From NCBI GenBank assembly GCA_040388575.1, contig JAZKBO010000002.1, forward strand, positions 95,942-159,941: 64,000 nucleotides of DNA. Reading direction: 5' to 3'. Below the pieces are notes generated by a model that was given only the letters and a program-made list of their open reading frames with translations, was not told where the DNA came from and did no database searches. Position 1 is the stretch's first letter. The number at the start of each line of letters is the position of its first letter. Origin of the DNA: Patescibacteria group bacterium. Lineage in GTDB: Bacteria; Patescibacteriota; Minisyncoccia; Phycocordibacterales; UBA9973. The translations under genes and the position numbers were made by a program. This document shows positions 48,202 through 57,454 of this stretch, piece after piece.

Positions 48202-49362
48202 TCAGTTTATTATACGTTTGACAAGTGGGTTAATTCTATAAAATCTCTTTATTATTGGGTTAATTCGGGTGACTATTTCGTAATTAATCGTGTCAGAATC
48301 CTGGGCCATCATGTCAGCTTCAGCATAGTGGCCGTGGTCACCTCCTATTATGGCTACTTCGTCCCCCACTTTAGCCCTTACATCAGTAAGGTCTATCACA
48401 ATCATGTCCATCGATACTCGGCCAATGATCTTGACTGTTTTGCCAGCAACATTAAATACTCCTTTGCTTGAAAGTAGCCTAGGATAACCGTGCCAGTAGC
48501 CCACCGGTACAACTCCTAGCACTGAATTACGCTTGAGCTTTTCAGTTAGGTCGTAACCAATCTCTGCGCCTTTGGGTAGTGATTTAATTTCAGTGATTAT
48601 AGCTTTCCAGGAGAGTACTGGGTGAAGTGTATATTTATTTTCAAAAGCTTCCTTGGTTTCACTCGATGACCAGAGGCCGTACATGCCGATACCAACACGC
48701 ACCATGTCGTAATGCAATTCCGGAAAGAACATTGTGGATGAACTCGCGCAGATGTGAAGAAGTGGAGTAAAACCATTTATATTAAACTCCCTCTCCCAGA
48801 GCTCAAGCCTTTCAGCTTGCAACATTGTATATTCTCGGCCTTCCGATGCTTCGCCGACTGCCAAGTGGCTATATAGGCCTTCCACAATTACCCCCTTATT
48901 TTTCCTTAGAAATTCAATGACTCTCTTCATGTCGCTCATTAAAAATCCCTGCCTGCCCAGGCCGGTGTCTACCTTGATGTGAATTTTTATTCCTTTGATA
49001 TTTTTAAGCGCGTGTAAGGCCTCGAAGTTGGAAATAGTTATAGAAACATTCTTTTTCAGAGCCTCCTTGTAATACGCAGGTGATACGTAGCCAAAAACCA
49101 TGATTCTTGTCTTAATTCCGACGGCTCGCAATTCTTGAGCTTCCTCAAATGAATCCACCCCAAGAAAATTCACCCCGCACTTCACTACTTCCTTTGAAAA
49201 CTCTATTAGCCCGTGACCATAGGCGTTAGACTTGACCACTGCCATTAGGATACAGTCTTTGGGAATAATACTTTTGAAAGTTTGGTAATTTTTTGCAATC
49301 GCAGCACGATCCAGCTCCACCCAGGTGCGTAATTTAGTTTTTTCTACTTGAGTGAGTTTCAT
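48202..49362 (-). CDS. alr: Alanine racemase
   Basis: AVVKSNAYGHG, HIKVDTGLGRQG, GRVSMD, TINYE. Confidence 0.96.
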   Translation of the reverse strand: MKLTQVEKTKLRTWVELDRAAIAKNYQTFKSIIPKDCILMAVVKSNAYGHGLIEFSKEVVKCGVNFLGVDSFEEAQELRAVGIKTRIMVFGYVSPAYYKEALKKNVSITISNFEALHALKNIKGIKIHIKVDTGLGRQGFLMSDMKRVIEFLRKNKGVIVEGLYSHLAVGEASEGREYTMLQAERLELWEREFNINGFTPLLHICASSSTMFFPELHYDMVRVGIGMYGLWSSSETKEAFENKYTLHPVLSWKAIITEIKSLPKGAEIGYDLTEKLKRNSVLGVVPVGYWHGYPRLLSSKGVFNVAGKTVKIIGRVSMDMIVIDLTDVRAKVGDEVAIIGGDHGHYAEADMMAQDSDTINYEIVTRINPIIKRFYRINPLVKRIIN

Positions 49363-50330
49363 ATAGTGCTTTGAAGTTTAGCTTCCCCCTTATGCCTTTG
49401 CATTGCAAGGTGAATTAATTTATCCAGAAGAACAGTTGTGGGCACCCCGCTAGCTTCCCAGAGCTTAGGATACATGCTAATTCCTGTAAAGCCTGGGATG
49501 GTATTAATTTCATTCACAAAAATTTGCCCGCTTGGTGTGAGGAAAAAGTCTACTCGGCTCATACCTTCACATTCTAGAACTTGGAATACTTTTATGGCCA
49601 TTACTTGGATTTTCTTTTTAATATTTTCGGGCAATTTCACTTTCACTAAAGTCTTAGAATCATCAACATACTTGGCATCATAAGAATAAAAGTCTCCAAC
49701 AGGAATAATTTCACCCAGTACTGATGCCTTTGGCTTGTCATTACCTAGAACAGCACATTCAATTTCTCTACCCTTTATATTTTTTTCAATAACTATTTTT
49801 GTATCAAACTTAAACGCAAGCTTAACTGCTTTGTCGAAATCCTTTTTACCTTTAACTTTACTTATACCTACTGATGAGCCCATATTAGCGGGCTTAATGA
49901 AAAGCGGCAAACCGAGTTCCTTTTTTACTTTATCGAAATTCATTTTCTCACCGGAGCGTACAGTTATAAATTTACCGATAGGTACCTTAGCATCTCGCAG
50001 TAACCTCTTCATTACATCCTTATCCATTCCAACTGCAGAGCCGAGTACTCCGGGGCCCACAAATGGCACGCCTGCTAGCTTGAGCAGCCCCTGCATACTA
50101 CCATCCTCGCCAAATGGACCGTGTAAAACAGGAAAAACTACGTCAAGCTTCTTCAATGGTTCAAAATTAAAATTTCCTTCCTTGCCTATTTTTATTGGGG
50201 TAACTTTGTATTTATTCTTATTCAGGGCACTAATAACATTGCGCGCGGAAACCACCGACACATCATGCTCAGCTGATTTTCCGCCAAAAAGGACCCCTAT
50301 ACTTATTTTCCTTGGCTTTTTCCTTGCCAT
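49359..50330 (-). CDS. ddl: D-alanine--D-alanine ligase
   Basis: GGKSAEHDVS, HGPFGEDG, GSSVG, YSYDAKY, NEINTIPG. Confidence 0.96.
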   Translation of the reverse strand: MARKKPRKISIGVLFGGKSAEHDVSVVSARNVISALNKNKYKVTPIKIGKEGNFNFEPLKKLDVVFPVLHGPFGEDGSMQGLLKLAGVPFVGPGVLGSAVGMDKDVMKRLLRDAKVPIGKFITVRSGEKMNFDKVKKELGLPLFIKPANMGSSVGISKVKGKKDFDKAVKLAFKFDTKIVIEKNIKGREIECAVLGNDKPKASVLGEIIPVGDFYSYDAKYVDDSKTLVKVKLPENIKKKIQVMAIKVFQVLECEGMSRVDFFLTPSGQIFVNEINTIPGFTGISMYPKLWEASGVPTTVLLDKLIHLAMQRHKGEAKLQSTI

Positions 50331-51055
50331 GGAGAGAGTGTAGCACTTTTCAAATCTTTAGGCACATTGCTCAGGTTTTTGCAGCCTTTAGTAGTTATCA
50401 GCACCATATCCTCAATTCGGACGCCACCAAAACCTTTGAAGTATAGCCCAGGTTCAACTGTCATTACACAATTTATCGGCAATATATCCTTACTCTTAGG
50501 CTTAAAGTTGGGCCACTCATGGATGACAGTGCCCACGCCATGACCAAGGCCATGCTTAAAATTATTTTTAAAAATTCTCGCTAGAAATCCCCGGGGAGCT
50601 TTATCTACTATTACTGCTCGCCTTTCACCTTTTATTAATTTCTGAAGTGCAATTTCTTGCGCCTTTAATACTGCCAAATAAACCTTCTTTTGCCTCGCAC
50701 TCGGCTGCCCCCAAAAATATGTGCGGCTCATGTCGGAACAATAATGGTTCACAGTGGTGCCAAAATCGAACATTATTATGTCACCAACTTTTAATTTACT
50801 TTTTCCTGGCTCATGGTGTATGTTTGCACTATTTTTACCAAATGAAACAATTGGTGGAAATGATAGAATTGGTGCGCTGAGCCTAATAAATTCTTTTTTG
50901 ATTAAATTAGCAACTTCCACTTCTGTAACCCCAGTTCGTAGTTTTGTTAAAATAAGTTGCAACACCTTCTCACTTATCCTTTGCGCTTTTACAATACTAG
51001 CTATCTCAAGCTCACTCTTCTGTGCTCTGACCTCATGAATTAGTTTCGTTTTCAT
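50303..51055 (-). CDS. M24 Xaa-Pro peptidase (catalytic domain only)
   Basis: DFG, SDMSRT, HGLGHG, HE, EPG, RIED metal ligands. Confidence 0.9.
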   Translation of the reverse strand: MKTKLIHEVRAQKSELEIASIVKAQRISEKVLQLILTKLRTGVTEVEVANLIKKEFIRLSAPILSFPPIVSFGKNSANIHHEPGKSKLKVGDIIMFDFGTTVNHYCSDMSRTYFWGQPSARQKKVYLAVLKAQEIALQKLIKGERRAVIVDKAPRGFLARIFKNNFKHGLGHGVGTVIHEWPNFKPKSKDILPINCVMTVEPGLYFKGFGGVRIEDMVLITTKGCKNLSNVPKDLKSATLSPWQGKSQGK

Positions 51056-51056
51056 T

Positions 51057-51710
51057 TCATTTCATTTCAAAATTATCTGGTTTTTTAAAGTTTTTTCTAC
51101 TGTCTGGACTTGCTAGACTGGAAGTTTGAACTTCAAAATGATTCCTAAGTACATCAATCGTTCTACCAACACAGCCTTCTAAATCACCAGTAGTATTTAG
51201 AGGATCTGTCCATAAATTCATTCCACCAACAATTATTCTCTTTACTCCAAGCGTTTTTAGCTTTTCAATGAAAAGTGCCCACTCCTGCCCCTCAGTTTCA
51301 GGAGAACTACCAAAATAAGGTAACGGATCTGCTGGATGGGTCTCAACGAGATAAATTTGATTACTAGCTTTTTTTAGAATGGGCTCAATAATATGCTTAG
51401 TCCTATTCACCATATCATAACTTTCAAATAATATAGTTGGGGTTTGGGACTTAGTTTTTAAAATTTTTTCGAATCCTCTTTCTACTGTTGGTATTCTTTC
51501 TAGATGATAATATTCTAAAACATCTGGATCATCCATCTTTTTTTGAGCAATATAATAAGGGTGAACCATTATCCTAACTATGCCGTTATTTTTTTCAATA
51601 CGGTCCTTAAGTTCAAGCGTTTCTTGAGGTGTGAGGCTGAAAATTTTTTGAACAGGATTCTCTTTAATCTTTTCTGAATTTAAATTTGAATCAGGACTGA
51701 ATTCTGGCAT
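51057..51710 (-). CDS. Hypothetical protein, possible cysteine-hydrolase-like fold
   Basis: AT-rich ORF; VHPYY and KRIIVGG...GCVGRT are reminiscent of isochorismatase-like proteins. Confidence 0.55.
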   Translation of the reverse strand: MPEFSPDSNLNSEKIKENPVQKIFSLTPQETLELKDRIEKNNGIVRIMVHPYYIAQKKMDDPDVLEYYHLERIPTVERGFEKILKTKSQTPTILFESYDMVNRTKHIIEPILKKASNQIYLVETHPADPLPYFGSSPETEGQEWALFIEKLKTLGVKRIIVGGMNLWTDPLNTTGDLEGCVGRTIDVLRNHFEVQTSSLASPDSRKNFKKPDNFEMK

Positions 51711-51719
51711 AGAATTTAT

Positions 51720-52841
51720 TTAAATTAACCTAACAATATCGTGATATGTAACTAACACCATGAGGAGAATTAAAATACCGAAGCCGATAGTGTTGGCCAT
51801 GTTGGCAAACTTTGGATTGATTGCAGAGCCTTTAATTTTTTCGATGAGTAGAAAGAACAACCGCCCACCGTCGAGAGCCGGAAATGGTATAAGGTTGATG
51901 ATACCGAGGTTGACGGAGATAAGTGCTGCGAAGGAAAGGAGGTACGCAAAGCCGAAGTCATAGGCGTCCCCCACAATACCCACCATTCCTACCGGCCCAG
52001 TAATGCCCGCTAGGCTACCGTGGCCCATTATAGCCTCTGCAATAAGCGTATAAAGCCCTACAGCGGTGTCTTTTATCACAGATAGTGTTAGTAGCAATCC
52101 TTCCTTAAGAGCCACAAAAAAGGGCAATTTGGCCGTGCCTATTTGGTCCATAGATATGCCTATCATTGGCTTATGATCCACCACTCCTGGCGCTGGGGTC
52201 ATGTCAGTAAATTTAACATCCTGGCTCCTACCACGAGTAAAGCCTATCTCAATTTCTTTATCTGAATGCGCTCCAACGAAAGCCTTAACACTCTCTGGAG
52301 TAATGTCTTCTAGATTTTCATTATTCTCACCAATATCAGTAGATAGGCTGGAAACCGATACAATTGCGTCCCCAAGTTTTAATCCTGCTTTAGCAGCTGG
52401 AGAGTCGGGCAATACAGAAACAATTAATAAATTCACATCATCAAGTTCATAACCAGGTAAGTTGCTGCCGACAGATGTAGGCACTCCGGACATAAGCCCA
52501 ATAGAAAATAGGAGCCAGGCCAGGAGGAAGTTCATTACCACACCCGCCACTAACACAATTGCTTGCTTCCACTTTGCTTTACCTATTAATGCCCTAGCAC
52601 TATCTGGACCACTCATAGATTCATCATCAGGACTTTCGCCGAAAATTTTAACAAAGCCACCGATAGGGAAAAGGTTAAAGGTGTATTCTGTCTCCCCTTT
52701 TTTAAATCCAAAAAGTCGTGGTGGGAAGCCGAAGCCGAATTCATCTACTCGCATACCGAAAAGTTTGGCCGTAAAAAAATGCCCGAACTCATGGACTAGA
52801 ACCAAAACTAAAAGAATTATTATAAATATAACTATACTCAT
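51720..52841 (-). CDS. rseP: Site-2 protease RseP (M50 plus PDZ)
   Basis: HEFGH, AGVVMN, PDZ, NLIPFPALDGG. Confidence 0.95.
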   Translation of the reverse strand: MSIVIFIIILLVLVLVHEFGHFFTAKLFGMRVDEFGFGFPPRLFGFKKGETEYTFNLFPIGGFVKIFGESPDDESMSGPDSARALIGKAKWKQAIVLVAGVVMNFLLAWLLFSIGLMSGVPTSVGSNLPGYELDDVNLLIVSVLPDSPAAKAGLKLGDAIVSVSSLSTDIGENNENLEDITPESVKAFVGAHSDKEIEIGFTRGRSQDVKFTDMTPAPGVVDHKPMIGISMDQIGTAKLPFFVALKEGLLLTLSVIKDTAVGLYTLIAEAIMGHGSLAGITGPVGMVGIVGDAYDFGFAYLLSFAALISVNLGIINLIPFPALDGGRLFFLLIEKIKGSAINPKFANMANTIGFGILILLMVLVTYHDIVRLI

Positions 52842-52847
52842 TTTATT

Positions 52848-53399
52848 TTATCCCATTACTTCCTTCTCCTTCTTTTCGAAAGTTGTTTCTAGGTTATTAT
52901 TTGTAGCATCTATTATTTTTTGCAATTCCTCTTTACCTCTGAATCTTTCGTCCTCTGTCATCTTGCCGAGTTTTTCTTGAGACTCGATATCCTTCAATAT
53001 CCTCTCGCGTTCATGACGGGCTGCAATCCTAGCGTCTTCTAGTTTTTGTTTTAAGGTTTTTACTAATGTTTGCCTTGTTTCCGTAGTTAATTGCGGAAAG
53101 ATAACTCGGATACCAAGGTCATCCGTAGCAACTGAAAGTCCTAGATTTGCAGCCACTATCGCCCGCTCAATATCCTTAACTTGATTTTTATCCCAAGGCG
53201 CGATGCGCAAGGTCTTCGGGTCTTCAATAGATACCGAAGCCACATTTTTAAGAGGCAAGAAAGCTCCATATGACTCTACATTTATACTGTCGAGAATTGA
53301 AGGTGACGCCCGGCCCACGTTCAGCTCGCGATATTCCTTACCTAAAAATTCTTCTACCTTTTTAAGTTCAATTTTAAGAATTGAAAAGTTATACTGCAT
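52848..53399 (-). CDS. frr: Ribosome recycling factor
   Basis: GRASPSILD, PWD, PQLTTETR, KEKEVM. Confidence 0.95.
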   Translation of the reverse strand: MQYNFSILKIELKKVEEFLGKEYRELNVGRASPSILDSINVESYGAFLPLKNVASVSIEDPKTLRIAPWDKNQVKDIERAIVAANLGLSVATDDLGIRVIFPQLTTETRQTLVKTLKQKLEDARIAARHERERILKDIESQEKLGKMTEDERFRGKEELQKIIDATNNNLETTFEKKEKEVMG

Positions 53400-53406
53400 A
53401 CAACAA

Positions 53407-54078
53407 TTATAGCACAGGAATCATGATAGCTACAGACTCCATTAGGCTTTTAGTTGAGGAGCCGGGCATGCGGAGGAATTCACGAACTTTGAAAATATGA
53501 TGGTAGCAGGTCACACTGGAAAAATTTTGCAGTGTCTTGTGTAGACAACTTTCTATTGCATTTAAAAATTTGAGCGCCTTGGAGCGAGTACTATCAAGAG
53601 CCGGATTTTCCTCATCTTCATCTGCTTCAGTTAATAATTCTTTAATAAAATCTATTCGCCTCTGTAGAGGCATCTTGATAAATTCCTCGGCTTCTCTTAG
53701 TGGAGTTCCCTCCTTAGTCCTAATCAAATAGAATCGGGAGATGAAAGTTTTTAGGAGTGCACTCACATCCGGCACAATAAGAAAAAAGTGAGTATCCTCT
53801 ATCGGCTCCTCAAACATTTTAAGTAAGGTATTCTGCGCCTCAAGTAGGAAACTGTTTGCGGAAATTATAAATACTTTCTTTTTATCTGAATACCCTTTCT
53901 CTGCCCCGTAGGACTTCAAATTTCTCGCGTCATCAATTTTAAATGAATCTAGATTTATTTGCACCACCTCTTCATTTTGGATAAAAGCAATTAATTCGGG
54001 CACAACTTCATCCCGTGTCCCTTCTATTAAGTACGCATGGTGTAGATTATTTTTATTTATTTGTTCGCTAATTTTCAT
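53407..54078 (-). CDS. holB: DNA polymerase III delta' subunit, degenerate
   Basis: HHAYLIEG, AQNTLLKMFEEP, TFISR. Confidence 0.8.
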   Translation of the reverse strand: MKISEQINKNNLHHAYLIEGTRDEVVPELIAFIQNEEVVQINLDSFKIDDARNLKSYGAEKGYSDKKKVFIISANSFLLEAQNTLLKMFEEPIEDTHFFLIVPDVSALLKTFISRFYLIRTKEGTPLREAEEFIKMPLQRRIDFIKELLTEADEDEENPALDSTRSKALKFLNAIESCLHKTLQNFSSVTCYHHIFKVREFLRMPGSSTKSLMESVAIMIPVL

Positions 54079-55092
54079 TTACTTCTTACTTAACACTGCC
54101 CTCTTATATACATCCAAGTGTTCGAGCGCAATACCAGTACCCTTGGCTACACAATAGAGCGCATCTTCCGCGAGGATTGCCTTGACCCCAGTTTTTCTAT
54201 AAACCAAATCTGGAAAATTACGCAAGAGTGAAGAGCCACCAGTCATAATAATTCCGTAGTCCATAATATCTGATGCAAGCTCGGGTGGAGTTTCCTGTAG
54301 TACATCTTTGATCGCCTTAATAATGTGGCGCAACTCACCATCAATAGCTTTAACTATCTCGTTAGTCCCGACTTGTGCAGAGCGTGGCAAGCCTTGGATA
54401 AAATCTCGGCCCTTTATAGTGACACGCAGTTCCTCATCTAACGCCACTGCAGCACCAATTTTAATTTTAACTTCCTCTGCTGTCCTATCACCTATCGCTA
54501 GGTTGAAAGTTTTCTTTATATAATCGGCTATGGCCTGGTCAATTTTATTTCCAGCGCATTTTACCGAGGTCGATGCCACAATACCCCCGAGTGAGATCAC
54601 CGCAACATCAGTCGTGCCGCCACCTATGTCAACAATCATGTACCCACGAGATTCATATATAGGTATTCCAGCTCCAATCGCAGCCAAAATAGGCTCCTTC
54701 ACAACGTACGCATTCTTGGCGCCCGCTTTGATTGCAGCCTCGACAACTGCACGGCGTTCAGTTGAAGTTACTCCAGCTGGGACAGATATCATCACGTCAG
54801 GTTTCCAGAGGTTGAAACGGCCCATGGCTTTATTTATAAAATATTTCAGCATGGCCTCCGTTACCCGGTAGTCCGCAATTACGCCGTCCTTCATTGGACA
54901 GTAAGTAATTATAGATTCTGGGGTCTTACCGATCATGTCTTTAGCAGCAAAGCCGATAGCTAGAATTTTGTTATCTTGTTCGGAAACGGCAACAACTGAA
55001 GGCTCGTTTAGAACGATGCCCTTGCCAGGTACGAAGACCAGGGTGTTTGCAGTACCCAGGTCAATGCCTAATTTCCTAGAAAATATGCCCAT
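54079..55092 (-). CDS. mreB: Rod shape-determining protein MreB
   Basis: GIDLGTAN, EPSVVA, DIGGGTTD, TGGSSLL. Confidence 0.96.
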   Translation of the reverse strand: MGIFSRKLGIDLGTANTLVFVPGKGIVLNEPSVVAVSEQDNKILAIGFAAKDMIGKTPESIITYCPMKDGVIADYRVTEAMLKYFINKAMGRFNLWKPDVMISVPAGVTSTERRAVVEAAIKAGAKNAYVVKEPILAAIGAGIPIYESRGYMIVDIGGGTTDVAVISLGGIVASTSVKCAGNKIDQAIADYIKKTFNLAIGDRTAEEVKIKIGAAVALDEELRVTIKGRDFIQGLPRSAQVGTNEIVKAIDGELRHIIKAIKDVLQETPPELASDIMDYGIIMTGGSSLLRNFPDLVYRKTGVKAILAEDALYCVAKGTGIALEHLDVYKRAVLSKK

Positions 55093-55129
55093 ATAAAGTA
55101 ATATATCACATTTATGTTAGAATCCTAGG

Positions 55130-57070
55130 ATGGAGACCGCGATGAAAATTGTGACGATAATTCCGTTAGAAAAAGGACCACTCCGAGGCGATTTAACATA
55201 CTTTACAAGCAAAAATATTGAAAACGGAAGTATCGTAGAAGCTACCCTCCGGAGTAAAAAAATACTGGGCCTGGTGGTATCGGTCGAAGAACTGACTGGC
55301 TCTAAAGGCGAGGTCAAGGAGATGGACTTCAATTTAAAGAAAATTATCGATGTTAAGGAGCACTCTGTTTTTAGAAAAGAATTTTTGGATAGTGTCCTCC
55401 TCACTGCCAAGTATTTTGCGGCACGCAATAATGACACCATCGCTACGCTTATTCCTGGAATTCTGCGAGAGGAATATGACAAAATTTCAAAATTTACAAA
55501 AATGGAAAGTGTTAAGCCCGCTGCCCAAAAAGGCATCCGGAATGAAAAGTTAATTCTTCAAGCTTCACTTGATGAGAGAATATCCTCATATAAAACGCTA
55601 ATCCGTGGATCTTTCGCTCAAAAAAAATCAGTTTTTATGGTTTTGCCAACTGAATACGATATTGAAAATTTTAATAAAATCCTGGGTAAGGGTATCGAGA
55701 AGTTTACTTTCTTTGTGCATAGTGGGCTAGCTCGCAATAAACTAGTAGAACGCGTAGAGAGGATACTTGCCTCCGATCATCCAGTATTAATTATCGGCAC
55801 AGCACCATTCCTAGCCATCCCACGACACAATATAGGCACAGTAGTGCTGGAACATGAAAATTCTACCGCATACAAAACGATAGCCCGGCCACATTTGGAT
55901 TTGCGAATTTTTGCGGAAATTTTTGCTGAGAAAATTAATGCTAAATTTATACTTGGTGACACCTTGCTACGATTCGAGACTATTGGCCGAGGTGAGATTG
56001 AAAATATATCTCCGGTGCATCCACTTTCATTTCGAACTGACTTTGGGGGCAAAATTGAAATTGTTCCTAAGGGTGATAAATTTAAAATTCTTACTGATGA
56101 GACAGTAGAAAACATTAAAAATGCGGTTGCAAAGAAGAAAAAAGTTTTCGTTTTTTCCTTCAGGAAGGGGCTGGCCACGATGACCATCTGCCGCGATTGC
56201 TCGACTATTGTATTCTGTGACAGGTGTAGCGCACCTGTCGTGCTCTATGAGTCCCAAGACGGCAAGAAACGTATGTTTATTTGCAATCGTTGTAAGAGAG
56301 AGTTACCAGCTGAAACTACATGTGCCACTTGTGCTGGCTGGAACCTAATGCCACTCGGCATCGGTACTGAAACAGTGCAGGAAGAGCTTAAAAATGTTTT
56401 TCATGGTGAAAAAAGTGTCAAAATTTTTAAATTAGATAAAGAATCTGCAAAGACTAAGAAGGGTGCCAGAGATATAATCAAAGAGTTTGAAGCAACCAGT
56501 GGTTCTATACTAGTTGGTACTGAAATGGCATTTTTTTATATGAAAGAGAAGGTGGCACTCTCAATAATCGCTTCATTTGACTCACTGTGGAGTATCCCAA
56601 GTTTTAAAATGAGCGAGAAGGTGGTAGAAATTATGCTCGCGGCTGTGGCTAAGACTAATGATACTTTTATTGTGGAAACTAGAAATGAAAATGATGCCGC
56701 AATTCGTGCCGTGGAAAGTGGCAACCTGGCCCCCTTCGTCCGTGAAGAACTGTATGATCGAAAAAAATTAGACTACCCACCATATAAACGCTTTATCAAG
56801 ATCACTCACTTGGCCGATAAAATACAAACAGCAGGAGCTAAAGAAATGTTGCAAGAACTTTTTAAGGATTACAATCCGGAAATTTTCAGCGGCTTCGTAG
56901 CTAAAATGCAAGGTAAATACATCACTAACACTTTAATTAAATTGGATTTGAAAAAATGGTCCCTGCCAGAGCTATCCTTAAATTCCTCGATAGATGAGAA
57001 TCTTTTAACTCGTATTCGCTCCTTACCACCGAACTTTGAGGTCTTTGTGGATCCTGAGGATTTGCTTTAA
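55130..57070 (+). CDS. priA: Primosomal protein N' with degenerate helicase motifs
   Basis: RKG..CxxC..CxxC..CxxC..CxxC Cys-rich region, GIGTE, VGT, YPPY, VDP; Walker A absent. Confidence 0.85.
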   Translation: METAMKIVTIIPLEKGPLRGDLTYFTSKNIENGSIVEATLRSKKILGLVVSVEELTGSKGEVKEMDFNLKKIIDVKEHSVFRKEFLDSVLLTAKYFAARNNDTIATLIPGILREEYDKISKFTKMESVKPAAQKGIRNEKLILQASLDERISSYKTLIRGSFAQKKSVFMVLPTEYDIENFNKILGKGIEKFTFFVHSGLARNKLVERVERILASDHPVLIIGTAPFLAIPRHNIGTVVLEHENSTAYKTIARPHLDLRIFAEIFAEKINAKFILGDTLLRFETIGRGEIENISPVHPLSFRTDFGGKIEIVPKGDKFKILTDETVENIKNAVAKKKKVFVFSFRKGLATMTICRDCSTIVFCDRCSAPVVLYESQDGKKRMFICNRCKRELPAETTCATCAGWNLMPLGIGTETVQEELKNVFHGEKSVKIFKLDKESAKTKKGARDIIKEFEATSGSILVGTEMAFFYMKEKVALSIIASFDSLWSIPSFKMSEKVVEIMLAAVAKTNDTFIVETRNENDAAIRAVESGNLAPFVREELYDRKKLDYPPYKRFIKITHLADKIQTAGAKEMLQELFKDYNPEIFSGFVAKMQGKYITNTLIKLDLKKWSLPELSLNSSIDENLLTRIRSLPPNFEVFVDPEDLL

Positions 57071-57106
57071 GCGCATTATTGAGTTATAAAATACACAGGA
57101 GGCGCA

Positions 57107-57364
57107 ATGTACCGTTTCATGTTCTTCAGGGGGCGAAAGCGTCTCCGGTGGGATGAAATACCCACAAAAGCGAACGGGGAAGTCTTTAATGCAGCCAATA
57201 TGCAAAAGGCTTTCGAATACTGCTTCGCCAAGTATCAAGAAGGCGGCACAGTGTACGGCGGAGGCGACATGACGCGCGACGTCCCCGCCTGGGTTCCAGC
57301 TCCAGTTCGACACACACGTACCATCTCGCACCCCGACGAAGCGTCGGCACATGCGGACAAATAA
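57107..57364 (+). CDS. GC-rich small soluble protein (mini-cassette 4)
   Basis: AGGAGG 4 nt before ATG; TTGCTT-17-TATAAA promoter overlapping the priA stop; 3' hairpin plus T8. Confidence 0.65.
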   Translation: MYRFMFFRGRKRLRWDEIPTKANGEVFNAANMQKAFEYCFAKYQEGGTVYGGGDMTRDVPAWVPAPVRHTRTISHPDEASAHADK

Positions 57365-57368
57365 CAAG

Positions 57369-57424
57369 CGACCGGTTAGCACGCGAAAGGTCAATCCCTT
57401 TCCGTGCTCCCGGCGATTTTTTTT
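57369..57424 (+). terminator. Long hairpin terminator of cassette 4
   Basis: AGCACG-C-GAAAGG/CCTTTC-CGTGCT stem, outer CCGG pairing, T8. Confidence 0.7.
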
Positions 57425-57454
57425 GCCCGAAATTTCAGTGTATAATGTATAAGT

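Noticed and set aside
57358-57382. attC-like TAAC...GTTAGC after the cassette 4 stop
   Set aside because: It does not match RYYYAAC/GTTRRRY, the spacing is far too short, the other cassettes lack it, and no integron integrase is present.
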